Of a DNA stretch of 64,000 bases, positions 20,201-30,817 are shown one piece after another. This DNA is from Macrostomum lignano (lineage: Eukaryota). Location: assembly GCA_002269645.1 (NCBI GenBank), contig NIVC01000481.1, positions 310,001 to 374,000 of the forward strand, in the 5' to 3' direction. The notes beneath the pieces are model-generated. The model had not been told where the DNA came from. It made no database searches and saw only the letters and a program-made list of their open reading frames with translations. The number at the start of each line of letters is the position of its first letter. Position 1 is the stretch's first letter. A program made the translations under genes and the position numbers.

Positions 20201-21827
20201 AAAAGTTCACGTTGTCTTTTGCCATGTTGGAGAGTTCTGCCGGCGGACAGGGCAAGTGCTTGGCAGCTGCAGCGAGCAAGCAGTGGAGAGTGTTCACTCT
20301 GATTTTGCCAAAACGTGGTCACGGTACAGCCTGCCAGCGCACCATGCTGAGTTTGGCCAAAATCTTTTGCGCGCCGTGGTTGCTTACAACAGCCACCACA
20401 TTTAATCCCGGTAACTCGGTTTTCTGCTTTACCGGTAAAAGAAATGGCAGTGGTTGTTAGTCTTACAGTAAAGTAGTATTCAAAGGACCCTATAAATTTA
20501 AAATACTAAAATTTTTGCAAGCTCCCGTACTGTAGAAAGCTTTCATACTTTTGCTACTTTATATGCTAATACGAGCGTACCTTGCAATATTATTGCAGAA
20601 ATGCATGTAGTTCTGGTTAATATTTGAGGAACTTGCTACACAAAAAGAATATAGTTATTTTGAAATTTTTCTATAAAACCCATGCTGTTTCCGAGTATTT
20701 AAATGTAAACAATTTGTAATGTTAGAAATCGTAAACTTATTTAACTTACTAACTTACAAGCTAGTTAACAAGTAAAACAAGCAATAATACTACACAAACA
20801 TTAACCTAAATAAACTTCTTGTAATCTTGTACTCTTTTTTGTACAAGTATACATTAAGTCTGTCACTTGCTAAAAATTTCTGCTTGTCTTATTAACGAGA
20901 GCAATTAATGAGAGCAATTGTACACAGATTGTACACAAAGATAGGCACATGAATTTTAATGAGTAGGCTTTCTGAACTACAGAAAGGCAGTAGTTTAATG
21001 GTACATAGGTGCCATCTTGTGGCAATTTTTTCCCCAATATCAGTGCCCAGCCTAACCGTGGCTACCCTAGCAACTTTTCCCTTTTTGTCTTAATCCCTAG
21101 ATATCTTCATATATAAAACAATGCATACAATACAATATATAAAAATATGTCAATTACAATATATCAAAAAATAATATGGTAACAAAAACTACAAAATGAC
21201 ATGTGTGACACCTAGACCTAAAGAAGAAATTTTAGAATGCTAAAATTTTTATAGATTTTTTTATTGCAAACAACTTGTCTTTTGCTCAGAAAAGCATAGT
21301 TTAATATATTTAAGATAGGGTCTAGGGAAAATACCAATTTTTATGTTGAAATGTTGTTACTAGGCCTATAAAGATAATTATATATTCATAAGAAAATTGC
21401 TTGTTGTCTTACCCAAATATTAATAAATTATTTCTGGGCACTTTTGCTATTATATTGTTTTATATTTTTCATTTCATTGATTCTCCTTCGTCTAAAACCG
21501 TAAACTGTTTTTTGTTAAAGACCTAATTAGTATAGTAATTAGTAATAATAACTGCACTGGTAAAAACTTTTTTGTCACTATATTACCATTGGGGGGCATT
21601 GGCATTATGTTACCATTAGCTTTTTATTTTTAGCTATTTTTTCACGTTTTCCATCATTCATAAAAATATTTCTTAATGCTCAACATGCTCAACAAAAGAC
21701 CAGCATCGTACATACCAAGAGCAAAGTACAATCGTTTGACTCCAGTCTTTTCTTCCACGACTTTACACGCCTGACCGATTGCGTTGTCCTGATTGAGAAA
21801 CTTTTCAAGCCTTTTAACGTACTCCAT
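14272..21827 (-). CDS. REEP5: REEP5/DP1/Yop1-family ER-shaping protein (TB2/DP1/HVA22 domain), 4 exons, about 210 aa
   Basis: complement join(14272..14369,14830..14862,16039..16428,21716..21827). All introns are phase 1 and GT-AG; total 633 nt. Exon 1 reads MEYVKRLEKFL...EEKTGVKRLYFALG. Exon 2 has IGFLYPAYASVKAIET...DDDTKWLTYWVVY...WIPLY..LKC.FL.YL, the family signature. Confidence 0.92.
15035..16020. repeat. 37-bp minisatellite rich in TTAGGT, in REEP5 intron 2
   Basis: Period 37 (15061 to 15098). Confidence 0.95.
16746..17501 (-). mobile_element. Tc1/mariner maT-family (DD37D) element, internally deleted, 756 bp
   Basis: 25-bp TIRs cagtatgcggcagctaaatccggaa (16746..16770) and ttccggatttagcagccgcacactg (17477..17501), 2 mismatches. 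TA on both flanks (16744-45, 17502-03). Carries the C-terminal half of a transposase. Confidence 0.9.
16870..17361 (-). pseudogene. maT transposase C-terminal fragment, 163-aa open frame lacking the HTH and first catalytic Asp
   Basis: KYPAHIMVFG, FQQDSAPAH and WPPSSPDCNPLDY motifs; 37 residues between the 2nd and 3rd catalytic Asp; ends ...ADGGFFE*. Confidence 0.88.
17855..21060 (+). mobile_element. Chapaev-type (CMC; RAG1/Transib-related DDE) DNA transposon, apparently full length, about 3.2 kb
   Basis: 125-bp TIRs at 17855..17979 and 20936..21060, 6 mismatches (all transitions), termini CACGGTTAGG...CCTAACCGTG. One uninterrupted 680-aa transposase ORF. No 4-5 bp TSD visible. Confidence 0.88.
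18363..20405 (+). CDS. Chapaev-like DDE transposase, 680 aa, intronless
   Basis: N-terminal H-x7-C-x2-C...P-x3-C-x2-C...CxCxxC zinc finger; AT-hook-like PGRPRKR; GLDGGGGF (D); VTADMK (D); CPYC...H-x4-H (KVHVVFCH) zinc site; ELHLLLG; EGNACRQLL; SEQAVESVH (E). Confidence 0.88.
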   Translation: MPTTKKTHNENRQSLCLLCLRRASALISSCSNFESVAADLFQDYEAVRHFLPEGVCQGCRGVLSSLRSLTPRALPPRPDYEKIIADMKSLPPATRSRPDCNCQLCEMARGNHHKGSDPKTPYTTGPARAPPGRPRKRSPAPAEGATAVLSCSYCHSPVGRGKQHKCNSTAKVTNIEQTVSPRTREMLASNCIAEKTGGSTADSNSITLARHRGGHPIRVAVHVAQNSSASFPPTRTDTMMHLKTTLNLSNNQVLQAAQVLRAGASSSRAVESNLKKILVQQNRALEDYFDIQNLQFSELTSTAATADTICRPTVVCNDSVKLIAHVAQQRSFNDFHCLLGLDGGGGFFKVCVSIIGSNAKPEIGTRGANSRKFCDTGVKKILLLAIVNDVPETYGNIQALLEAIAVNELQIPVTADMKVANIICGLQPHSCTHPCPYCEALAPLTENGVPRTLGRIRQFAQQFQAAGQVRAKAKNFKNCVNMPLLPGDDDKEVLMLLPPPELHLLLGVSNRLLDKLNEAWGANRAFEWAHQHGIIRADYRGGMMEGNACRQLLRKSPQLHADLPPPLQPYGACLMAFDRLVSSAFGTELAADFEEAIENFRLAYMSLSLPVTPKVHVVFCHVGEFCRRTGQVLGSCSEQAVESVHSDFAKTWSRYSLPAHHAEFGQNLLRAVVAYNSHHI

Positions 21828-22949
21828 GGCAGCTTGTAGCAGACTCTACTTTCAATTACTTAACAAGGAGTTTTTGAAAGAAAGTTTAGTTAATTGACAG
21901 GTAAACAGTTTCTTAGTCAGTTTGAACGCTGATCTATGCAGAGAAAAAAAGTAGCAAAATTTCTAAGAAAGATAAGCCTTGCACAGAGCAAAGCTACGTA
22001 GGCATATAAACAATATAAAAAACGTATTTTAGCCAAACTTTAGTTAGTTTTTCAGCAGAACCTAGTCCATTTTTAACATTAAAAAAACTTTTTAAAATGC
22101 TATTATGTAATCACAACCAAAAAAGGAGTAAAATTTAGTCATAGCATCAAAGTTATAGCTGAGCTGTGACCTAAGATGTATTTGACTTTGAGTTGTATCT
22201 GAGCTGTATTTGAGCTATATCTGAGCAGCTGTATAGCTCCACTGACAGTCGTCAAATAGATCCAGCCTCCAGCAGCGCGGAATCTTTTGAGGCGTCATGA
22301 TGATAAGGAAATCAAATCAACGAGACAAATAAAACAGATTTACATTTACATGTAGGTGAAAGCACAGGGTTCTGATGGATGCTTTACTGTCAGAATTGAG
22401 GCTGTAACGATCGAGATTCTTTTGTTTTTTATCAAAACTGAAACTATACTCCACATATTTATTGTTCAGAAAGTTTAGTTGTAGGCTTTAACTTTTTTCT
22501 ATCTTGCTATTATTTGTATTTAACATAAAAAACTGCGTCCTTTTAATGCATGTTTCCTGTCAAGGATGCGCATATGCAATGCATTAATTATATCTTCAAT
22601 TAAATGCTACGAACTACGAACTATTCGTTCTACAAACTATTAAATGTTATTGCGTTTCATTCGAGGTGAATATATGCATTTATGCATTCCACATCCGAAT
22701 CAAGGGACCACTCCACTATAGAAGTTACTGCAGTAAACGCAAATTGGTTCAAATCAAAATCAAAATAGAGTCGAGCTAATCCACTGCCATGGCAATCAAG
22801 TGCGAGCGTTTCGACTAGGGTATTTATAATTGTCTTTCAGTCTGTGCATACATTCGTGCACATATGGTTGCGGAAAATAGAATACATCACACATGCAGCT
22901 GCCGCCGCCAGACGGGGCCGGAGATGAGGCGGATGTTAAAAGGATTAAA

Positions 22950-23850
22950 GTTGGAGCTGCATGGTGTTTATTTTTGTTTGAATCTGGCACAGTGACAAAC
23001 ATTAACCACAATGAAAACCAAAGCTATATTGTGAGACGAATGTCTGAAAAAAAAGAAGTGACGCAAAAAAGAGAATGCGAGCAAATCGAACTCCTCCCGG
23101 CAACAACACTGCTCTGCGACCGCTGTGGGAGGAAAGGGCCCTAAACAAAGGCAATCGCTGAGCTCCCAGACTCGCGAGCGCAGAGTCAGAGACACCGCTG
23201 CATTCTAGGAAGATAAGAAACCGACCGTGATTGTCTGCTGCTCACGTGACAGCAAGAGAGAATGCGGCAGTGCAATTCGTGCGCATGATTGGCGCCTGCA
23301 GCAATGAGTACGGAGGGTGATATCTTCACTGATGACACCACCCACGTTTGTGTCTCATGTTCTGCAACAACGACCGAATGCGATCGGTTTGGCGTTAGCC
23401 ACAGGAGGAGTTTCTGGACGACTTTGTGCGGCTAGCCGGCTCACAGAGTGTTTCAATGCACGCCTGGAGCAGAATGTGGCTGCACGTGGGCAGACCTATG
23501 TATGCAGAACTGTTAAAGCAACAGTCTCTGTAAACCTTGCTATACAGCAATCTTATACAGCCTGCAGAACTTGCATTCGTCATGGCGAAAACGCTGCGCT
23601 GAATCGAGAATAGCAAAGTGCAGCTGCTGCATGAAACCAGGCCGCCAAAGTCGCATGAAAGCCCATCGGCTTCGTAAAGCGAAGACTTTAGCAGGGTGCC
23701 TTGCAAAAATGATGAGCAGTGAAGCCATTTGCAACAGCTCTGCCCCGAGAGTTCATCAATCGGCTGGTGATCAGGATGCCACGACGAATGACAGTTACTT
23801 TTGAATGCTCGGGGTTCCTATACACACGCGATACTGAAAGAAGCATTAAA
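22950..23850 (+). pseudogene. Heavily decayed Tc1-like transposase relic
   Basis: Tc1-like pieces occur in the correct order across frameshifts and stops: FESGTV...SYIVRR; RP*LSAAHVTAR; AHDWRLQQ*...IFTDD; SVSMHAW; LPREFINRLVIRMPRR...SGFLYT. TIRs not identified; boundaries approximate. Confidence 0.5.
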
Positions 23851-24364
23851 AGAAATTGCTTAAATTTTTGTGGCGCGTAAAAGCGTTAGTTGGGGGGGGG
23901 GGTTAGGGGGTTAGCTGCCGCTGTGTATACGATAGAAGAAGTTTTGGAAGACAATGCAGCCATCCCAAATGACTTTTTAGAAGCAACAGAAATTATACGA
24001 CTTGAAGAGTTGCTTCAAGTTGCTTCCTTCTGTCTATCTTAACTTGACAAGTTAGCCATGCTTGTCGTGCCACCTTCTCTGGGAAACTAGACTTCTCTTT
24101 CTTTCGACTTCAAAGCCTCTCTGAGCAAAGACTAAGCAGCGCACAATTCAAGCATCCATTCTTACCACTTTTTTCTGCTTCCACTCTGCTTCAAAACAAT
24201 GTAGTTTTAAAGGCTGGTGGAGATGTCGCAGAGCACAAGATCAGAACTGAGCTAGAAAAAAAGGTGAGCGAGCGGCTTGCAAGAGCTACAACAGCAACAG
24301 CTATCAGTGAGTGACTTACGATCTGCCAACCGACTTCAAGCTGCAAAGTTCAAACTCAAGAGAT

Positions 24365-26187
24365 ATGCAGCAGCTCCTAGCAGCCGCATTCGCTCTGTTA
24401 GCGACGGCTTGCCAGACAGTCGCAGGCAGCTGCGCCAACCAGAAGCTGTTCTCTTTAGCTCAGCCCGACAGCCTGACGGTGCCGCAGTCCTTCAAGTCCG
24501 TGCAGGCAGTTGGCAGCGAGCTGCAGTGCTCTCTGCAGTGCAGGGCCCAGTCCGGTGTCTGCTTCGGCTTCTACTGGCAAGAGGCGAGTCTGTTGTGCCA
24601 GCTGTTCAGCATCGCTGCGTTCTTCAGCAAGTCGCTGTGGCAGCCGAGCGCCAGGTCGGTCAACGTCTTTACGAAGCCGTTCGACTGTGAGTTTTGCGCT
24701 GATTGAATGCAATGGCATAAATGACTTGTAATCACGGAGATTCAAAGCTCTTAAATGTTTTGTCCTTCGCTTTGCATGCTGTGTTACCCACAGAAGCAGC
24801 TTTGATTTTGCTTAACTTGCAGTATGAGAGCTCCTCCAGGTGCTCACAGTCCAAAATCACAAGTCCCATGGATCCGTCCCACAGAGCTCCTTTCCTGCCT
24901 TTTTTAATCGATTGGACAAGCGTGGTTCCTGCGGTTTAGGCTACTGCTTTTATCTACTGTAATATTTTAGTGGATTATCTTGGTAGGTTGCTACCACCAG
25001 GCTCCTGGTGTTCCCTAATCCTAGGATGTAGTATTTAAAGAACTGATTCAGGACACCAAATGAAAAATTTTAGGTTTGACACAACGTAATTTACATAAAA
25101 TTATAATTGATAAAACGCCAATTGCACAAGTGGTTCTTTTCATTAATTTCCCCCTTCTAGGTAAGTGCTTGGGCAAGAATCCCAGTTTTGAGGCAAGACT
25201 CCTCTTAGTGCGATTCTAAGTCCTATTCCTTACCTTGCTTACCTATTCCTTTCTTTCCTTACCTATTTTTACCTTGAATTCCTTTTGATAGAATTCTTTC
25301 AAGTCAGAAACCTCACTCGGAAGATGAAGCGCTTGCGTTTCCCCAGAGCCCAACTGCTCTTTACTAGTAAAGAGCCCAAAGTCCCAAAATTCGCGATCTA
25401 CTCTACCCTAATTATTTTCCCTGGCTAAAACTACTGATAGTAGTGTAAAAGCATATTTGTCCCGTGTCTATTTCTACCCCTAAATTTTGCCCTACTACAC
25501 GATTATCGATAAGGTCCTGGCATCAATGACGTTGCCTGTTGCAGAATCTCTTTTAGTGTCTATTTGTTAAAGTGATAAGTTTCTAAGCAAGTCCAAATCC
25601 AACCCGAGTGAAGCAGGAGGAAAAGTTAAAGGGCATACAATTGAAATACAACTGCAGAAAGGTTTGTTTCTCATCAATACTACGAGCACTAATTCCGCCC
25701 AATGTCTCTTTTTGCAGTGTCAGCAGAATCCATCCTGACTGTTCAACACTGCAGTCAGATTTCTACTCTAGCGGGTGCAGTCTGCAGTCTCGCAATTGAT
25801 GGCAACACGAATCAGCTCTTTAACGGAGGCTCCTGCACCCACACTTACGGAGGCGACTTCCAGTGGTGGCAGGGCGACCTCGCTCAGCAGTCCCAAGTCA
25901 CGGCAGTCCGCATCTTCAACAGACAGGACTGCTGCGCTGAGAGGCTCAACAACTTCACCCTGTTGGTTGACGACGTCGAGTGCGCCAGGGTGGACGCGGA
26001 TCCGAGCTTCTCCATCAAGATGGTCAGCTGCCTCGGCTACGGCAGTCGGGTTCGCCTCGTCAGTCGCTTGCGTGGTTGGGTGTTCAGCCTGTGCGAAGTT
26101 GAGCTGTTTGGCTTCACGGTCTCTGTGCTGCCTAAGCGGACTGATGAACGAGTTTTTATGAAAAATCTGCCTGAAGCGTTTTTTTAA
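24365..26187 (+). CDS. Secreted PAN/apple-domain + F-type (fucose-binding) lectin protein, 2 exons, about 263 aa
   Basis: join(24365..24686,25718..26187). Donor T|gtgagt and acceptor tttttgcag|TG are both phase 1. Signal peptide MQQLLAAAFALLATACQTVAG; PAN pattern CSLQC-x6-CFGFYW-x6-CQL; F-type lectin motif H-x26-R-x-D-x4-R (CTHT...NRQDCCAER), AIDGN, WWQGDL, LCEVELFG. Confidence 0.85.
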
Positions 26188-26760
26188 TAATCTTGATAAA
26201 CCTTTAGAGTTCCTTTTCTGCTTTCAGTTTGTGATTTTTATTAAATGTTGTTACCAGTTTGTTATAACCAGCCTAATGGTTCTTTTTAATAATCTTCGTT
26301 AAACTCTCTTTAGAATTCTTTTTCTGTTTTCAATTTGATTTTTACTAAATGCCTTTACCAGTTTGTTATAACCAGCCGAATTGTTTTTTAAAAATCTTGT
26401 TAAACTCTCTTTAGAATTCTTTTTCTGTTTTCAATTTGATTTTTACTAAATGCCTTTACCAGTTTGTTATAACCAGCCGAATTGTTTTTTAAAAATCTTG
26501 TTAAACTCTCTTTAGAATTCTTTTTCTGTTTTCAATTTGATTTTTACTAAATGCCTTTACCAGTTTGTTATAACCAGCCGAATTGTTTTTTAAAAATCTT
26601 GTTAAACTCTCTTTAGAATTCTTTTTCTGTTTTCAATTTGATTTTTACTAAATGCCTTTACCAGTTTGTTATAACCAGCCGAATTGTTTTTTAAAAATCT
26701 TGTTAAACTCTCTTTAGAATTCTTTTTCTGTTTTCAATTTGATTTTTACTAAATGCTAAT
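26180..26760. repeat. 101-bp tandem repeat at the 3' end of the lectin gene
   Basis: Unit starts at 26299, 26400, 26501, 26602 and 26703, plus a diverged first copy. Confidence 0.93.
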
Positions 26761-27053
26761 TAGGTTGTAGGCGCATATATGTAGGCCGTTTTATTTTTTT
26801 GTTCAGCTTGGCTATAGCGCTCGGCCTGAGGTTATTCGTTTCGCACATCAGCTAACTATTATAGATACACGCACTCTATGAATTCTCATTTCGCGATTAA
26901 TTAATCCTGTCGTTCCCCTGTGATTCAAAGCAAACTAAGACAAATTTGATTGGGTCTCTCAGTCTGTCCATTCGTTTACTCATGGCACTTTGGGATGGGG
27001 TTGGCATTGAGGTGCCGTTAACTCTCTCTCTCTCTCTCTCTCTTTCTCTCCCG

Positions 27054-28510
27054 GGTCTATGTGAATTTAGTAACCGACATTTTAAGTAACCGTGAATTTA
27101 GTAACGCAATGGTGCAGCTGAGGGATGTCCCATATGTATCAGTATCTTAGAGTTACTGATACATATATCTATTCTTTAAATGGGTGATTGCAATATTAAT
27201 ATTGCTTAAACCAGTGAGAAGAAGTCAAGGCAGTTGACACGAGAGGCGCAGGTTCGAGCCTGGCCCCATTGTACGAGTATTCGAGCGTATTTATTTACTT
27301 TATTATATCGGACTTAAAAAACAAATAAAAAACTTGGAGACCTAAAAGCGAAAAAAAATCGTTACGCGCTTGGCGGGTCAGCGACAGTCCGCTTGGCATA
27401 AATAACCGCCACCCAAGCCACGGGCACGTGACCTACAGTGTAGGCGCGGCCCACCACCCCGCACCAACGCACAAGAGCCACGCCCCATTGCATGGTTTAA
27501 CACCCAACCAAGCTACGCCCGGTCGGACCATTAAATTGAAGAATTTTCGCCGATCGGGATTATCCCCATATCTCCCAACTACGCCTAGATGGTAATGCTT
27601 GGATTTAGTAACGAATATATAATAGTGACTATTGAATTTAGCAACCCATATTCGGTATGAAGGAATTCTATTGTCCTGCAATTTCACTCTTACATAGTGA
27701 ACCCAATGTAGAAAATTTTGCAATAAAATGCAGTAAATAAAATTCAATTTAGCAACAACGTTGAGCCCATGTTAAGTGTTGCTTTTGACATCTCCCTGAT
27801 TCCTCCATTGCTTTTATATTCCGTGGGAAACTCAAGAAAACCTATTTGTAACAGTCAGTATAGATATTCAAATTTTAATTTGTTTTATATTTCATTACTT
27901 TTTCAGACAAGAAACTATGAATCCATTTTTTATGAAAAGGGGTAAGTAATTAATTGACTACTGTAATTAGTTTATAATAATCTACACCGGCATGATGCAA
28001 ATCTTCATTTGTTTTTCTATGTCATTCAGTCAGTGCATCAATGGGTTCATTTGCTGGGATATAGCTGCGATCATAGAGCTGATTATTTCACTTTGCACCA
28101 GCATTGTGACCAGCTTGCCTGGATTTAATTAGTGCTAATTAAGTCCAGACGGACTAGGCTACTATTTGTTTACATTTTTGAAGTGTTAGCTGACCCGAGT
28201 TAGCTACTCGGGTCAGATGCGTTCATGTGCAGCATATACTTTGTGAGCGTATTACAACCCTTAATTCAATTGCATGCTTCCTATTGTAAGTTGTAACCAA
28301 TAATTGTGTGTACGGGTTTGTGTGCTTGTGCAGGTACAGCAGGTCCTGATCGGCAAAAATTCTTCAGTTTATGCATAGATTAATATTGAAATCACCCATA
28401 TAAAAAGTAGGTATATAATGTAACATTATAATTATACTAATACATATGGGATATCCCTCAGCTGCACCATTGCGTTACTAAATTCACGCGTTGCTAAATT
28501 CAAGGGCACC
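27054..28510. mobile_element. Non-autonomous TIR element of about 1.46 kb, flanked by (TC)n on both sides
   Basis: A 54-bp inverted repeat (gtgaatttagtaacgcaatggtgcagctgaggga...tat) at about 27092..27145 and 28434..28487 with 2 mismatches. Repeated GAATTTAG(T/C)AAC motif; outer ends GGT..TGAATTTAG. No credible ORF. Exact termini uncertain. Confidence 0.7.
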
Positions 28511-29378
28511 TCTGTCTCTCTCTCTCTCTATAGCTGTTCCAGGCGAGATGAGGACCGTTTGTTGACCACTTCCCACCTTGAGCACAACAGGATGAGTCTT
28601 TGCAATGGACTCTGACAATCTGACTGGACTCAAAACGAATCCTCTCAATCATGCGTTTTTACTTCTTGCTACGCGAGCAAGTCTCGACCCCTTATAACTT
28701 TCTTTAATCGTCATCGACAGCTTTCAGCTTTCTCTTATTTATTTTTTTAGAACTCCTAGTCAGGTAGGAGATCGATAACCATCGCAAAGCCCAACTATTG
28801 AATACATGCATGTAATGTTGTACCTAGCGATCACTGGAGATGCGAATTTTGTGAAAACTGTTGCTCTGCTAAGAGATTACTTTTACTGTAACAGTAGCTA
28901 TAGCTGTAGCTCGACAGCCAATCACCGACTTTCAAGATTGCATTATAAAAAAGGCAGTCCACAATGAGTGCAGAGGGTCTAAAACATCCTTCCGAGATAA
29001 GCAGTTGAATTAAGTATAGCATAAACTCCACTGCCAAGAACAGCATGAGTGGTTTCAGCATCTTCCGCATTTCTCGTTAAAGAGCTGTGCTAGCTACCTT
29101 TTAAGAGTGGCACTTGAGTCATTTTCCTCACAGCGATACTTTTCTCAACCATGCAAGCCAATCTTGAATGCGAGACGTGTGAAGTCAACCAGCCAGCCTC
29201 GCCAACACCACCTAGGAGCAGAAATATAACCAGAATCTTAAGTGGAACGGTAGCAGGTGTCAGCGACACACGGCCAATAAGAAATTCTCTGGTGTGAGGG
29301 AAATTTGTGATAAATACGAGTATTAGGCTCAGAGAGGCGCAAGCCCCAACAATATATTCCATATCACGACAATCCAAA

Positions 29379-30344
29379 ATGATAGCTCTACTACTGCTCG
29401 CATCGCTTCTGAGCAGCCCTTGCTCAGCCTCCGGCCAGACGCAGCAGTGCACCGGCGGTGTCCGTCGCTACCAAAATTACAGCCTGCAGCCGGACTGCAG
29501 CGACTCTAACAGCACAGCTGATGAAGCAGGCGACTCTGTCACGGTGGCCACCTCAAGCCCACTCACCTGTGCACTCATTGCCAGCCAGAATGCCACAGCT
29601 GCTCCAGCTGCACTCGTCATGATGAGCTCACCAAACCACAACTCCATCAGCGAGTGCCGCATCGTCTCTGCTTCGTGCCAGCGCTTCAAGCTGATCAACA
29701 AGTCGGAATCAGCTCGGCGACCGACTCCCCTGCTTGTTCTGGTGAGGTCAGCTGACTCGAAGGCGTTCCTTGTGTTCTCAATCAAGGCCGGCAGCGGAGT
29801 GAAGTCGTGGCAGCTTTTCGCAGGCGGCGATGCGGCGTCCAGTAGTGAGCGGCTGCTGCTGCAGTCGATGGATTCCCCTCTGCTGCCGGACAGGTTCAGG
29901 TCCGGCCTGCTGGACAGGATGCCGAGTCTGCTGCGAGCCCTGGCCTTCAAGCAGCTCATTGTGTGCGTGTACAGGCCTGGCGGGGAGCTGGTGGTGAAGC
30001 TGGTGTTCGACGTGTCCGGCCTGGGCGACTCTATCGACAGGGAGAACTGGTTCCACTGGAGCCACCTCGTCTACAGCTGGCCCGTGCCCGACCTGAGCAA
30101 CCGGTCATTTAACTTCTTTAGCATTCGTGGAGCAGACAGCCATGAAGCGAGATTTTGTGTAAATTTTTATTACAACGGCTGCCAAGATTCATCTGGATTG
30201 CTTCTCGTATTTGATGCAGATTCCAGCTGTGACTGGATGGGTGAACCCAGTTTAATGCCTCGGATTCGGTACAACCCGACGGGCAAAGGTAATTGGAAAG
30301 GAAACGCCATGCCCGCTGATTACCTGGCTGTCTGGGCTCGCTGA
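29379..30344 (+). CDS. Uncharacterised secreted protein, intronless, 321 aa
   Basis: GC-rich open frame; signal peptide MIALLLLASLLSSPCSA; Cys-containing degenerate PAN-like N-terminal part; globular C-terminal domain (LVFSIKAGSG...ENWF...LVYSW..DL...FSIRG...RFCVN...GC...C.W...ADYLAVW). The track's start at 29307 is a GTG and probably too early. Confidence 0.75.
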   Translation: MIALLLLASLLSSPCSASGQTQQCTGGVRRYQNYSLQPDCSDSNSTADEAGDSVTVATSSPLTCALIASQNATAAPAALVMMSSPNHNSISECRIVSASCQRFKLINKSESARRPTPLLVLVRSADSKAFLVFSIKAGSGVKSWQLFAGGDAASSSERLLLQSMDSPLLPDRFRSGLLDRMPSLLRALAFKQLIVCVYRPGGELVVKLVFDVSGLGDSIDRENWFHWSHLVYSWPVPDLSNRSFNFFSIRGADSHEARFCVNFYYNGCQDSSGLLLVFDADSSCDWMGEPSLMPRIRYNPTGKGNWKGNAMPADYLAVWAR

Positions 30345-30817
30345 TTGACCTGAGATACTCAGCCACCTGTGCAGGACTAGCAAGCCTGCTGATTGACAGC
30401 AACTGTAAAGGCTTGATGCTCCTAAGGATTTTTTCTAGATGTTGTCATATTGTAAATGTTTGAAAAATCAATCCAAAGTCTGTTTATCAAAAGCAATTTT
30501 AGCAAGGCCAAGGAGAAAGTGGGAGCTGGGTGTCTTCACACACAGATAGCTGAAATACAGCATGCGTATCCAAGGCAAACAAGATATGAACTATCATTTT
30601 TGGATGCAAATCAACTGTGTATTTACCTGGCTTGTTAAAGTGTTAAATTACAGCACGTTGTCAATCAAATAAAAGTACAAAATGAAAACTAAGCTCCGGA
30701 ATTAATTTTTTTCGAAAAAGACGGTGCAATGCGGCTGCTAGTATATTTTTTGGTCTAACAAGAACACAGGTAAGAGTGTAGAAGTCTCGATACAGGTGAT
30801 GAAGAACCGTGCTGAAA

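Noticed and set aside
27205-27270. tRNA-like B-box (GGTTCGAGCC) with TGACAC upstream
   Set aside because: The T-stem is only 4 bp and no acceptor or D stems fold; at most a tRNA-derived SINE relic.
28831-29452. Two hydrophobic minus-strand ORFs upstream of the secreted gene
   Set aside because: No family signature or convincing splice structure; one overlaps the better-supported plus-strand gene.
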